Part shown: piece by piece, positions 19,904 through 29,415 of the stretch
Layout of the letters: each line of letters starts with the position of its first letter
Position numbering within the stretch: position 1 is the stretch's first letter
Notes under the pieces: model-generated
The model's input: the letters and a program-made list of their open reading frames with translations, nothing else
Told to the model about the DNA's origin: nothing
Databases searched by the model: none
Program-made: the position numbers and the translations under genes
Assembly: GCA_046262475.1 (NCBI GenBank)
Contig: JBHEMQ010000003.1
Location: 1 to 55,783, forward strand
DNA length: 55,783 bases
Direction: 5' to 3'
Origin: Candidatus Velthaea sp.
GTDB lineage: Bacteria; Vulcanimicrobiota; Vulcanimicrobiia; Vulcanimicrobiales; Vulcanimicrobiaceae

Positions 19904-20767
19904 ATGCGTTTGTGCATGTTTTCCTCGGGCGGCGAGCCGCGCTTCGGCGCCGAGACAGCAGCCGGCATTGTCGATTTGAACGTGAGCGACCCGGCGATTC
20001 CGCCGTCGCTGCACGCCTATCTGTATCGTGCGGACGAGTTGCGCCCGAAGGTCGAAGCAGCCATCGCCGCAGGCAGCACGCGCGCGATACCGCGTACCGC
20101 GGTGACGATGCTTCCGCCGATCGCGAAGCCGGAAAAAATTCTTTGCATCGGCCTCAATTACCGGGACCACGCGGCCGAAGTGAAGCTCGAGCTTCCCAAG
20201 TATGTCACCGTCTTTCCGAAGTATCCGAATACGCTCGTGGGCGACGGCGCGGCGATCGTCATCCCGCGCGAGAGCGAGAAAATCGATTACGAGGCCGAGC
20301 TGACCTTCGTCATCGGCAAACGGGGACGGCACATCCCGAAAGAACGGGCGTACGAATATGTCGCCGGCTATACCATCATGAACGACGTGAGCGTGCGCGA
20401 CTATCAAGCGCGCACCTCGCAGTGGGCGATGGGCAAGGCGTGGGACACGCACGGACCGTGCGGCCCCGTGCTCGTGACGACGGACGAAATCCCCGATCCG
20501 CAGGCCCTGTTCATCCGGTGTTCCATCGACGGCGAGATGCTCCAGGATTCGCACACGTCGCAGCTCGTGTTCGACGTGCCGACGCTCGTAACGGATCTTT
20601 CGGAGGTCATGACGCTGGAGCCGGGCGATCTGGTACCGACGGGCACGCCGGCCGGCGTCGGGCTTTCGCGGCAACCGCGGCGTTGGATGCGGCCGGGCGA
20701 GCGCGTGCGTGTCGAGATCGAAAAGATCGGCGCGCTGGAGAACCCGGTTGTTTCTGCAACTACCTGA
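19904..20767 (+). CDS. Fumarylacetoacetate hydrolase (FAH) family protein
   Basis: 287 aa with the motifs PEKILCIGLNYRDHA, DYEAELTFVIGK and GDLVPTGTPAGVG. Confidence 0.9.
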   Translation: MRLCMFSSGGEPRFGAETAAGIVDLNVSDPAIPPSLHAYLYRADELRPKVEAAIAAGSTRAIPRTAVTMLPPIAKPEKILCIGLNYRDHAAEVKLELPKYVTVFPKYPNTLVGDGAAIVIPRESEKIDYEAELTFVIGKRGRHIPKERAYEYVAGYTIMNDVSVRDYQARTSQWAMGKAWDTHGPCGPVLVTTDEIPDPQALFIRCSIDGEMLQDSHTSQLVFDVPTLVTDLSEVMTLEPGDLVPTGTPAGVGLSRQPRRWMRPGERVRVEIEKIGALENPVVSATT

Positions 20768-21497
20768 CCGGGTCGCAATCGTGACTGGCGGTGCGCGCGG
20801 CATCGGGCGCGCGATCGCACAGCGGCTGCACGCCGCAGGCTGCCGGCTCGTGATCGCGGACAGCGACGAAAAGGAAGCCGTGGCGACGGCCGGCCGCATC
20901 GGGAACGACCGGCGGGTTATCGCGGTCAAGACCGACGTCACCGATCCGGCCAGCGTCGAGGCGATGGTCGAAGCGACGCTCGACGCGTACGACGGCGTCG
21001 ACATCCTCATCAACAACGCGGGCATCACGGGGCATTCGGTTCCGTTGTGGGACTTGCCGTACGCCGAATACCAGCGCGTGCTCGCCGTCGATCTCGACGG
21101 TGTGTTCTTGTGCTGCAAGGCCGTCATCGGCCACATGCGCGAGCGCAAGCGGGGCGCAATCGTCAACGTCGCCAGCATCGCGGGCAAGGAAGGGAATCCC
21201 ACGCTCATTCCCTACTCCATCGCTAAAGCGGGCGTCATCGCGCTGACGAAAGCGCTCGCGAAGGAAACCGTCGGTGACGGCGTGCGGGTCAATGCCGTTG
21301 CACCGGCCGTGATCGAAACCGAAATGCTGAAGCAGATGACGGGCGAAACCGTCAAATACATCCTCTCGAAGATCCCGATGAACCGGCCGGGAACGGTTGA
21401 GGAAGTCGCGGCCGTCGTGCACTTTCTCGCCTCCGACGACGCGAGCTTCGTCACCGGGCAAACGTACGACGTCAGCGGCGGGCGCGCCACCTACTAG
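20709..21497 (+). CDS. SDR family oxidoreductase (3-oxoacyl-ACP reductase-like)
   Basis: Motifs: VAIVTGGARGIGRAIA, NNAG, YSIAKAG (YxxxK). ATG 20709 overlaps the FAH gene by 59 nt. An in-frame TTG at 20748 is a likelier start. Confidence 0.85.
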   Translation: MSRSKRSARWRTRLFLQLPDRVAIVTGGARGIGRAIAQRLHAAGCRLVIADSDEKEAVATAGRIGNDRRVIAVKTDVTDPASVEAMVEATLDAYDGVDILINNAGITGHSVPLWDLPYAEYQRVLAVDLDGVFLCCKAVIGHMRERKRGAIVNVASIAGKEGNPTLIPYSIAKAGVIALTKALAKETVGDGVRVNAVAPAVIETEMLKQMTGETVKYILSKIPMNRPGTVEEVAAVVHFLASDDASFVTGQTYDVSGGRATY

Positions 21498-21532
21498 CGC
21501 GCCCCGGCTACCAACACCAGCGGAGAGTTCCC

Positions 21533-22462
21533 ATGCAGACGAGAGGCGCGCCCACCGACATCGGCAACGCGGTCACCGTGTGGTTCGACGGACGGCAACT
21601 GAGCGATGCGAGCGTTGCCCTGCACGCGCTCACGCACGCGCTGCATTACGGATCCTCGGTGTTCGAGGGTATCCGCGTCTATCCGACCGCCCGTGGACCG
21701 GCGATCTTCCGGCTGCGCGACCACGTCCGACGCCTGTACGACGGCGCGGAGGCGTACGGCATGCGCATCGCGCTCTCGCAGGAAGCCATGTTTGCGGAAA
21801 TCTGCGCGACGGTCGCGGCGAGCGGACGCGACGCCGCATATGTTCGGCCGCTCGCGTTTTACGGCGGCGATACGGTGCGGCTGGCGCCGGAGAACATCTG
21901 TGAAACCCGCGCGCTGATTGCGGTGCTTCCGTTCCAGGGCTTGATGCCCGGGCAAACGCACTTCACCGCCGCGCTGACGAGCGTGATGAAATCACCTTCG
22001 GCGGCGTTGCCGTCGCACGTCAAAGCGGGCGGACACTACACCAACTCCATTCGCGCGCTGCACGACGTGCAGCGCCGCGGCTTCGATGAAGCGATCCTGC
22101 GAAACGATCGCGGCGAAGTCGCCGAGGGCAGCGGCGAGAACGTCTTCGTCGTCCACGACGGCGTCCTCATCACCAATGACGTAAGCGCGGACATCCTGCC
22201 GGGAATCACGCGTGACTCCGTGCTGACGATCGCGCGCGCGGCCGGCATCGCGGTCGTGATTCGTCCGCTAACGGTGGACGATCTGCGGGCGGCGCAGGAA
22301 GTGTTCTTCACGGGTACGGCCGCTGAAGTCGCGCCGGTGATCCGCTTCGAGGAACGTGAGATCGCGATCGGTCCGGTGACGAACCGGCTCGCTGCGGCGT
22401 ACGCCGCGATCGTGAGGGGAACGACCGACGCGCCCGCGGACTGGCTTGCGTTCGCGCGCTGA
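21533..22462 (+). CDS. ilvE: Branched-chain amino acid aminotransferase (class IV)
   Basis: 309 aa with the motifs HALHYGSSVFEGIRVY, GENVFVV, LPGITRDSV and FFTGTAAEV. Confidence 0.9.
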   Translation: MQTRGAPTDIGNAVTVWFDGRQLSDASVALHALTHALHYGSSVFEGIRVYPTARGPAIFRLRDHVRRLYDGAEAYGMRIALSQEAMFAEICATVAASGRDAAYVRPLAFYGGDTVRLAPENICETRALIAVLPFQGLMPGQTHFTAALTSVMKSPSAALPSHVKAGGHYTNSIRALHDVQRRGFDEAILRNDRGEVAEGSGENVFVVHDGVLITNDVSADILPGITRDSVLTIARAAGIAVVIRPLTVDDLRAAQEVFFTGTAAEVAPVIRFEEREIAIGPVTNRLAAAYAAIVRGTTDAPADWLAFAR

Positions 22463-22506
22463 GCGCGCCTACGGGAACTCCGCATTCGTCCGGACAACCG
22501 ACGGGC

Positions 22507-25467
22507 ATGCACCGCCGCCGTACGCTGCCTGTCTTTGTGTTTGCCGCAACGCTGATCGTTACCGGCGCCGCACCGCCGGTGCGGGCCGACGCGCCCCGCC
22601 CCTTAGCGTACACCGATTACGACGGCTGGAACGCGATCCGCACGCCGAAGCTTTCCGACGACGGCGCGTATCTCGCGTATTCGCTCGCACCCGAAGACGG
22701 CGATCCGACGCTCGTCGTGCGCAACCTCGCAACGGGCGCTGAAATGACGCACGCGCGCGGTGCCGCGCCGCTGTTCACCGCCGACTCCAAGTTCGTCGCG
22801 TTCACCATCAATGCGCCGAAGAAAGAACTCGATGCCGCTCGCCGCGCGAAGAAACCCGAAGAACAGCAGCCGAAAAACGGTCTCGGCATCCTCGAACTGG
22901 CGACCGGCAAAGCGGTGACATTCGAGCGCGTCAAGAGCGTACGCGTCGCGCGCAGCGGCGGGCGGTACGTCGCGTTTCTGCACGAACCGTCACCGCGCCA
23001 ATCGCCCGCGCCATCCGCCGCGCCGCCCGGCAGCCCCACCGCGGTCGCAGTTGCGACGGGCGAGCCGGGGCCCGCGCTCTCGCCGGCGCCCGCGGCAAGC
23101 GCGAGCGCTTCACCGAGTCCCTCGCCCGCGCCCAAAGCGGATAAGAAGAAGGACGACGGCGCGCCGCTCGTCGTGCGCGATTTGCAGAACGGCGCAAACC
23201 TTACCGTCAACGACGTCACCGACTACGTCTTGACGGACGACGACCGCACCGTTGCGTACGCGACGGAAACGCGCGACGGGAAAGGCGACGGCCTGCATCT
23301 TCGCGATCTCGCCGCGGAGCGTACAACCGACCTTTTGAGCGGTGCGGGGCGGTACAAGAACGTTGCGGCCTCGCGCAACGGCGCCGCGCTCGCGTTTCTC
23401 AGTGACGTGCGCACGTACGCGCAAGAGGTGCCGCACTACGATGTGTACGTCGCCGATCTTCGCGCGGCGGCGCCGAGCGCGAAGCTCGCCGTCAGCGAAA
23501 GCTCTGCCGGGCTGCCGCGCGGCGCCGCGCCGAACGACAACGGCAAATTGACGTTTTCGAAAGACGGTGCGCGGCTGTTCGTGGGAACGGGCGCGGCACC
23601 GACGCCGATGCCCTCGGGTACACCGGTCGCGACGGCCGTCGACCTGTGGACGTACAAGGATTTGCGCCTGCAGTCCGTGCAGTCGCACGACGCGGCCAAC
23701 GACCGCAAGCGCACGAACGTCGGCGTGTACGACGTGGACGCCGGACGCTACGTGCAATTGGGCACGAGCGCGCTGCGCACCGTCGTCACGAACGATAACC
23801 CGCACGTGGCGCTAGGCCTGGACGATCGCGCGTACGCGATCGCGGAGTCGTGGGTCGGCGGTCGCATGGCTGACGTCTACGCCCTTTCGTTCGCAAACGG
23901 TTCGCGAACGTTACTCGGGCGCAAGCTGCCCGAGCCGCAGCTCTCACCTGACGGCGCGTACGCGGTCGCGTGGGACCGCGCAGCCCGGCGCTGGGTTTCG
24001 CTGCGCACGAGCGACGGCAAGCGAACCGTCCTCGCGGCGGCGCAGAAGGTCACGTTTCACGACGAAACGGACGATCATCCGGGCGACCCGCCCCCGTACG
24101 GTCTCGGCGGGTTCATCGCCGGTACGCAAGGCGTCGTCGTGTACGACCGGTTCGATCCGTGGGTCGTCGATCTCGCGACCGGTACCGCGCGCAACCTAAC
24201 GCACGGCGCGGGGCGTGCGTCCGGCGTCGTCTATTCCGTGATGAACGTCGATCCCGACCACGAGCCGCTCAAGGACGGCGCACCGTTTTTGCTCTCGCTG
24301 AGCGATCAAAAGACATATGCGAGCGGTTATGCGACGGTGGCCTTCGGCGGCGGGATGCCGCACGTTCTTTTGCGCGCCGACAAAACGGTGAACAACGCGT
24401 TCGCGCAATTCGGCGGCGTGCACGAACGCATCGCCGCGCCCCTGCGCGCGCGGAATGCGGACCGCGTGGTGTTCACCCAGGAGACCTACCGGCAGTTCCG
24501 CGACCTGTGGGCCAGCGACCTGTCGTTCGCGCACCCACAGCAGGTGACGTACGCGAATCCGCAACTGGGGACGTTTCGCTGGGGCACGGAGCAGCTGATT
24601 GCGTACCGCGCGCCGGACGGCACGCCGTTGCGTGCGGTGCTGTTGCTGCCCGACGCTTTCGACGCGCACAAGAAGTACCCGATGATGACCTACTTTTACG
24701 AGAAGTGGAGCGATCAGTTCCACACCTTTTACGCGCCGGCGCCGCGCTATCCGACACTGAGTAGATACGTCTCGAACGGCTACGTCGTGCTGCTGCCCGA
24801 CGTTGCCTATAAGGTCGGGCATCCGGGCCCGAGCGCGCTGCACAGCATCCTGGCGGCGGTCGACGCTGTGACCAAGCGCGGGTACATCGACGAACGCCGC
24901 ATCGGCATCGCCGGTCACAGCTGGGCGGCATATCAAATCAATTACATCATCACGCAAACGAACCGGTTTCGCGCCGTCGAAGCCGGCGCGGCCGTCGCCA
25001 ACATGACGAGCGCGTACGGCGGCATCCGCCTGGAAAGCGGGAACGTGCGCGAGAGCCAGTACGAGGCCGGCCAAAGCCGGATCGGCGCGACGCCCTGGGA
25101 CAGGCCGGATCTCTATCTCGAGAACTCCGGGCTCTTTCACATCAAGAACGTGCACACGCCGTACTTGACGATGCACAACGATACGGACGGCGCGGTGCCG
25201 TTTTCACAAGGGATCGAATTCGTCACGGCAATGCGGCGGCTGGGCAAACCCGCCTACATGTTCAGCTTCAACGGCAAAGATCACAATCTGCGGGACACGC
25301 CGGCCGACCGTGAAGAACTGAAATACTGGGCCGTCCATTTCGACGAATGGTTCGATTACTGGTTGAAGGGTGCGCCGCGCCCTGCCTGGTTCGACGGCAT
25401 CGACTACCTGCATCGGGGCGAACGGAACGTGCGCCCGTTGTTTGGGGAGGCCGCAACGCCGGGCTGA
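22507..25467 (+). CDS. Secreted S9 family serine peptidase (beta-propeller plus alpha/beta hydrolase)
   Basis: 986 aa with a signal peptide (LPVFVFAATLIVTGAAPPVRA). Catalytic contexts: IAGHSWAAY (Ser), HNDTDGAVP (Asp), GKDHNL (His). There is a P/A/S-rich insert around 22990-23160. Confidence 0.85.
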   Translation: MHRRRTLPVFVFAATLIVTGAAPPVRADAPRPLAYTDYDGWNAIRTPKLSDDGAYLAYSLAPEDGDPTLVVRNLATGAEMTHARGAAPLFTADSKFVAFTINAPKKELDAARRAKKPEEQQPKNGLGILELATGKAVTFERVKSVRVARSGGRYVAFLHEPSPRQSPAPSAAPPGSPTAVAVATGEPGPALSPAPAASASASPSPSPAPKADKKKDDGAPLVVRDLQNGANLTVNDVTDYVLTDDDRTVAYATETRDGKGDGLHLRDLAAERTTDLLSGAGRYKNVAASRNGAALAFLSDVRTYAQEVPHYDVYVADLRAAAPSAKLAVSESSAGLPRGAAPNDNGKLTFSKDGARLFVGTGAAPTPMPSGTPVATAVDLWTYKDLRLQSVQSHDAANDRKRTNVGVYDVDAGRYVQLGTSALRTVVTNDNPHVALGLDDRAYAIAESWVGGRMADVYALSFANGSRTLLGRKLPEPQLSPDGAYAVAWDRAARRWVSLRTSDGKRTVLAAAQKVTFHDETDDHPGDPPPYGLGGFIAGTQGVVVYDRFDPWVVDLATGTARNLTHGAGRASGVVYSVMNVDPDHEPLKDGAPFLLSLSDQKTYASGYATVAFGGGMPHVLLRADKTVNNAFAQFGGVHERIAAPLRARNADRVVFTQETYRQFRDLWASDLSFAHPQQVTYANPQLGTFRWGTEQLIAYRAPDGTPLRAVLLLPDAFDAHKKYPMMTYFYEKWSDQFHTFYAPAPRYPTLSRYVSNGYVVLLPDVAYKVGHPGPSALHSILAAVDAVTKRGYIDERRIGIAGHSWAAYQINYIITQTNRFRAVEAGAAVANMTSAYGGIRLESGNVRESQYEAGQSRIGATPWDRPDLYLENSGLFHIKNVHTPYLTMHNDTDGAVPFSQGIEFVTAMRRLGKPAYMFSFNGKDHNLRDTPADREELKYWAVHFDEWFDYWLKGAPRPAWFDGIDYLHRGERNVRPLFGEAATPG

Positions 25468-25511
25468 TTGCATTGGCGGGCGGTCGGCCCGCACGACGCG
25501 AAACCGGTGGC

Positions 25512-28259
25512 ATGTTCGTCCGTCGTTCTTTGCTCGTTGCCGTCGCGCTCGTTGCCGCAAGCGCGTCGCTTGCGACCGCCCAAAGCGTTCAAGCGCCGGC
25601 GAGTCCCGCGCCGGGCGCGACCGCTACGGCCAATCCGTTGCCGCCGTCGTCGCCGGCACCCGAACCGTCCGGCAGCGGCCCCGCGTCGAGCCCCGCTCCG
25701 GCGGCGCCGTCGGCGGCCGTCCCCCTCACGTTTCCGTTTCCGACCGGCTCGCCCGGAGCGGTGCAGGCGCAGAACTACACGACGTTCATGCGTGGCGCCA
25801 CGTCGCTCGCCGGCGTCATCAACCTCGTGCGCAAAGACGACGATCTGTACTTCGATCTAAGCCCCGAGAACTTCGACAAGACGTACATCATCTCGCCGTC
25901 GCTCGCGTCGGGCGTAGGCAGCGGTGCGTTCGCGGGCCGCGTCTACCAGCCGTTCCTCGTGACGTTCAAGCGTGTCGGTAAACGCGTTCTCTGGATCAGC
26001 CCCAATACGCGCTACGTGGCGCAAAAGGGCAGTGCCGAGGCGAACTCGTTGGCGATCAGCGTCGCCGATTCGGTGTTGCTCTCGTCGCCGATTCTGGCCG
26101 AGGACAGCGCCAAGCAGCACGTCGTCATCGCGCCGTCGCTGTTCTTGACGGATTTCGAGGGCATCGGCGCCGACCTCGGGCGCGGCGCCGCGCCGCCGTC
26201 GCTGCCCGGATTGCTCGTGCTCGCGATCCGGCCGTCGTTCGCCGTCGACATGAGCAAGTCGTATTACCTTACGCCGAAGGCGTTTCCGCGCAACGACGAG
26301 ATTTCGGTGAACCTGACCTTCAACGGTCCGCCGAACGCGCTGCCCACGGTGCCGGACGGCCGTGGAATTCCGCTCATCGTGCACTACAGCATCGTCGCGC
26401 CGCCCGAACACGATCCCAATTTCGTTCCCCGGTATGCCGACGACCGCGTCGGCTATTTCATCACCGCGCGCAAACGCTACGACAACGACGCGTTGAACAC
26501 GCCGTTCGAACGTTTCATCGAGCGCTGGAATCTCGACGGCGGCCCGATCACGTTTTATCTGACGAACGAGATACCGAAGCAGTATCGCGGCACGGTGCGC
26601 CGCGGCATCCTGGCGTGGAACGACGCGTTCGCGAAGGTCGGCCGTCCGAACGCGATCGAAGTTCGCGATCCGCCTCAGGAGCCGGGGTGGGATCCGGAGG
26701 ACGCGCGCTACACGACCGTCCGGTGGATAACGTCCGACCGGTCCGAATTCGCCGCGTACTCGCCGTCGGTGGTCGACCCGGCAACCGGGCAGATCATCCG
26801 TGCCGAAGTGGTGATCGACGGCGAATCGCTGCGCGCGATCAAACGCGGATACATCGATACCGTGCTGCCCGCGCGCCGTCAGCAAGCGCAGGCCGGGGCG
26901 CCGCCCGCGGTCGACGCGTTCACGTGCGAAATGGAAGGCGGGTCGCTTTCGCAGGCCGCGGTCGGCAGTTTGCTGCTCGCCATGAACCCGCGCGCCACGT
27001 CCGGCGACCGGGAACGGTACGCCGATCAGTGGCTGTATTCGACGGTGCTCCACGAGGTGGGGCACACGCTCGGGCTGCGGCACAACTTCGCCGGTTCCAC
27101 CGCGTTCACGCACGCGCAACTGCACGATCCGGCTTTCACGCGGACTCACGGCACGACCGGCTCGGTGATGGACTACACGCCTGTCAATTTGGCCGCACCC
27201 GGCGAACGGCAAGCCGATTACTTTCCCACGCGTCTCGGGCCCTACGATTATTGGGCCATTGAATACGGCTATCGCCGCTTGGCGAGCCGTTCGTCCGCGG
27301 GCGAGCTTCCGTACCTGCAGAAGATCGCCGCGCGCTCGACGCAGCCGGGGCTCGCGTATGGTACCGACGAGGATGCCGCTTTTCCGCTCGCGCTCGATCC
27401 AAAGATTCAGCGCTTCGATCTTTCGAGCGATCCGCTCGCGTACGACCGCGATCAGTTCGCGTTGAACGAGGCGCTCGCGCGGCGGCTCGACCGTCCCTAC
27501 GCCGGCGATCAGCGCTCGTTCGCCGATATTCGGCAGTCGCTCGTGACGATACTCAACAACGAACTGGAAGCGTCGATCCTGGCGTCGCAATACGTCGGCG
27601 GAATCTACACCTCGCGTTCGCACCGCGGACAGAGCGGCGGCGTGGCACCGTTCCGCTCCATTTCGCGGGACGAGCAGCGGCGCGCGTTCGGCCTGATCGA
27701 TCGGTATGTGTTCTCCTCACAGGCGTTCCGGTACTCGCCGCGCCTGCTCAACGAGCTCACGACCACCCGCTACGGGTTCCATTGGAATTCGGGCGGCGTG
27801 CGCCGCGCCGACTTTCCGCTGCGCGAAGTGATCGCGGAAATTCAGGACGACGCGATCGGAACGATGTTTTCACCGGCGAACCTCTCGCGTATCGCGGACC
27901 AGCAGCTCAAGATGGAGCGCCCCGGCGCGACGATGACGCTCGCCGATTTGTTCGCATGGACGAATGCGGCCATTTACGATGATTTGGGGCGTGCCGCGAT
28001 CGCGCCGACGCATCGCGAACTGCAGCGGCGTTTCGCGGATCTGGAAATGCAGATCGCGCTGCTGCCGTCGTTCGCTCTCGATGCGCTGGGCGTGCCGCGC
28101 GAAACGCAAGCGTTGTCGCGCGCGTCGCTCGCGGGCACGTCGCGCCGGCTCGATCGCGCGATCGCGGCGGCGTCGGATCCCGGTACGCGCGCGCACCTCG
28201 ACGATCTCCGTTCGCGCATCCGCGGCGCGCTCGATCCGCGAACGACGCGGCCGTTGTAG
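25512..28259 (+). CDS. Secreted zinc-dependent metalloprotease (DUF5117/DUF4953-like)
   Basis: Track ORF 25347-28259 trimmed to the ATG at 25512, giving a signal peptide (MFVRRSLLVAVALVAASASLATAQS). The zinc motif is HEVGHTLGLRHNF. A P/A/S-rich linker follows the signal peptide. Confidence 0.8.
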   Translation: MFVRRSLLVAVALVAASASLATAQSVQAPASPAPGATATANPLPPSSPAPEPSGSGPASSPAPAAPSAAVPLTFPFPTGSPGAVQAQNYTTFMRGATSLAGVINLVRKDDDLYFDLSPENFDKTYIISPSLASGVGSGAFAGRVYQPFLVTFKRVGKRVLWISPNTRYVAQKGSAEANSLAISVADSVLLSSPILAEDSAKQHVVIAPSLFLTDFEGIGADLGRGAAPPSLPGLLVLAIRPSFAVDMSKSYYLTPKAFPRNDEISVNLTFNGPPNALPTVPDGRGIPLIVHYSIVAPPEHDPNFVPRYADDRVGYFITARKRYDNDALNTPFERFIERWNLDGGPITFYLTNEIPKQYRGTVRRGILAWNDAFAKVGRPNAIEVRDPPQEPGWDPEDARYTTVRWITSDRSEFAAYSPSVVDPATGQIIRAEVVIDGESLRAIKRGYIDTVLPARRQQAQAGAPPAVDAFTCEMEGGSLSQAAVGSLLLAMNPRATSGDRERYADQWLYSTVLHEVGHTLGLRHNFAGSTAFTHAQLHDPAFTRTHGTTGSVMDYTPVNLAAPGERQADYFPTRLGPYDYWAIEYGYRRLASRSSAGELPYLQKIAARSTQPGLAYGTDEDAAFPLALDPKIQRFDLSSDPLAYDRDQFALNEALARRLDRPYAGDQRSFADIRQSLVTILNNELEASILASQYVGGIYTSRSHRGQSGGVAPFRSISRDEQRRAFGLIDRYVFSSQAFRYSPRLLNELTTTRYGFHWNSGGVRRADFPLREVIAEIQDDAIGTMFSPANLSRIADQQLKMERPGATMTLADLFAWTNAAIYDDLGRAAIAPTHRELQRRFADLEMQIALLPSFALDALGVPRETQALSRASLAGTSRRLDRAIAAASDPGTRAHLDDLRSRIRGALDPRTTRPL

Positions 28260-28270
28260 GCGTCAGAACA

Positions 28271-29269
28271 CTAGCTGGCGTTCAGGACGCGTCGGGCGCG
28301 CCGCGGGATCAAGCCGAAAAGAACGTCGATCGTGCGCGCCAGTTCCTCGAATCGGACGGGGCCCGCGGCGAGCCGCTCGCCGGGGTTCCATTCCGCGTGA
28401 AGTCCGGAGTGTTCGAGCGCTTCCAGTTGGCGTTCGAGAATCTCGATGCGTTTGACGATCGTGCGGCTCGCCGCCGTCGCCGTTTCCAATTCCGTCAACG
28501 CGCGATGCAGCCGTGCGTTGGCGGCCACGCGCGCGTCGCGCGCCGCGCTCAGCGCGGGCACGTCAGCATGAAGCTGCGCCATGGCGGCGTCGTAGCGCTC
28601 GCGCCGGCGGGTCGCGTACGCGGCCACGACTTTCGCGCGCGCTTTTTCCGAACCGAGCTCGAATGCGGCTCGCTCGTCGGCGTTCGGGGCGCATTCCGCC
28701 TCGACGCGCGCGCGCAGTCCGCGTTCGCGCTCGTGAAGCTCTTCGGCCAGCGACGGCACCGCTTCGAGCGGACCGAGCGCCGCGCGGCGGGCATCGAGCG
28801 TCCGGCGGTTGCGGGCTTCCACCTCGCGCATCCCGCGCAGGCTCGTCCGCAGGTCTTCGACCCAGGGGAGGCGCGCGGCTGGTGCGACGAGACCGAATCG
28901 CAGCCGCAGCCCCAATCCCAGGTTGTGGACGGCTTTGACTTCCCACGGCGCATCGTGCACGCAGGTCGCGCTCAGCCGCACGCGCGCACCGGGCTGCGGG
29001 AGCGGCCCGCGGGCGATGAGCGCCCACAATTCGGTGCCGGCATCGACGATCAAGGCGATCCGGCGGTGCGCGAGGTGCTGCGCGACGATGGCGTAGCCTT
29101 CGATCGAAACGGAAAGGACCGGCGCGGGAATCGCCACGTCGTCGTAGCCGCGGCACCACGCGGCTTCCCATGCCGTCGTCCGCAAGGGTCCGGCGTCCTC
29201 GCCGGCGTCGGTCAGTGCGTCGATGATCGGCTGGATGCCCCGGGCCGTGACGCGCGCTTGGATGCCCAC
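28271..29269 (-). CDS. Hypothetical protein with a long C-terminal coiled coil
   Basis: 332 aa. This is the only minus-strand gene between plus-strand neighbours. It has an N-terminal globular part of about 130 aa followed by an Arg/Glu/Ala-rich helical region. No family was recognised. Confidence 0.5.
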   Translation of the reverse strand: MGIQARVTARGIQPIIDALTDAGEDAGPLRTTAWEAAWCRGYDDVAIPAPVLSVSIEGYAIVAQHLAHRRIALIVDAGTELWALIARGPLPQPGARVRLSATCVHDAPWEVKAVHNLGLGLRLRFGLVAPAARLPWVEDLRTSLRGMREVEARNRRTLDARRAALGPLEAVPSLAEELHERERGLRARVEAECAPNADERAAFELGSEKARAKVVAAYATRRRERYDAAMAQLHADVPALSAARDARVAANARLHRALTELETATAASRTIVKRIEILERQLEALEHSGLHAEWNPGERLAAGPVRFEELARTIDVLFGLIPRRARRVLNAS

Positions 29270-29415
29270 CCGGCTATCTTCCGGTATGGCTGCTTCAAAC
29301 GCAACGTACCAGGCTCACACTTGGTTGCGTCGCGTCGCTTGCCGCGAGGAGAAGCGGCGTCGTCCCGCACGCTCGGAGTCTGACCGCCGCGACCTGCGCG
29401 GGCCTCGCGGCGCGC

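Noticed and set aside
18094-21208. Long minus-strand ORFs 18094-19968 (624 aa) and 19502-21208 (568 aa)
   Set aside because: They lie antisense to hyuB, FAH and SDR, all of which have clear family motifs. The translations are Arg/Ala/Pro-rich with no motifs, which is the typical high-GC shadow ORF.
29270-29415. Possible ZTP/THF-type riboswitch upstream of folP
   Set aside because: I looked for the conserved ZTP (pfl) and THF motif cores and saw only generic GC-rich sequence. There is no convincing match by eye. An Rfam scan would be needed to be sure.
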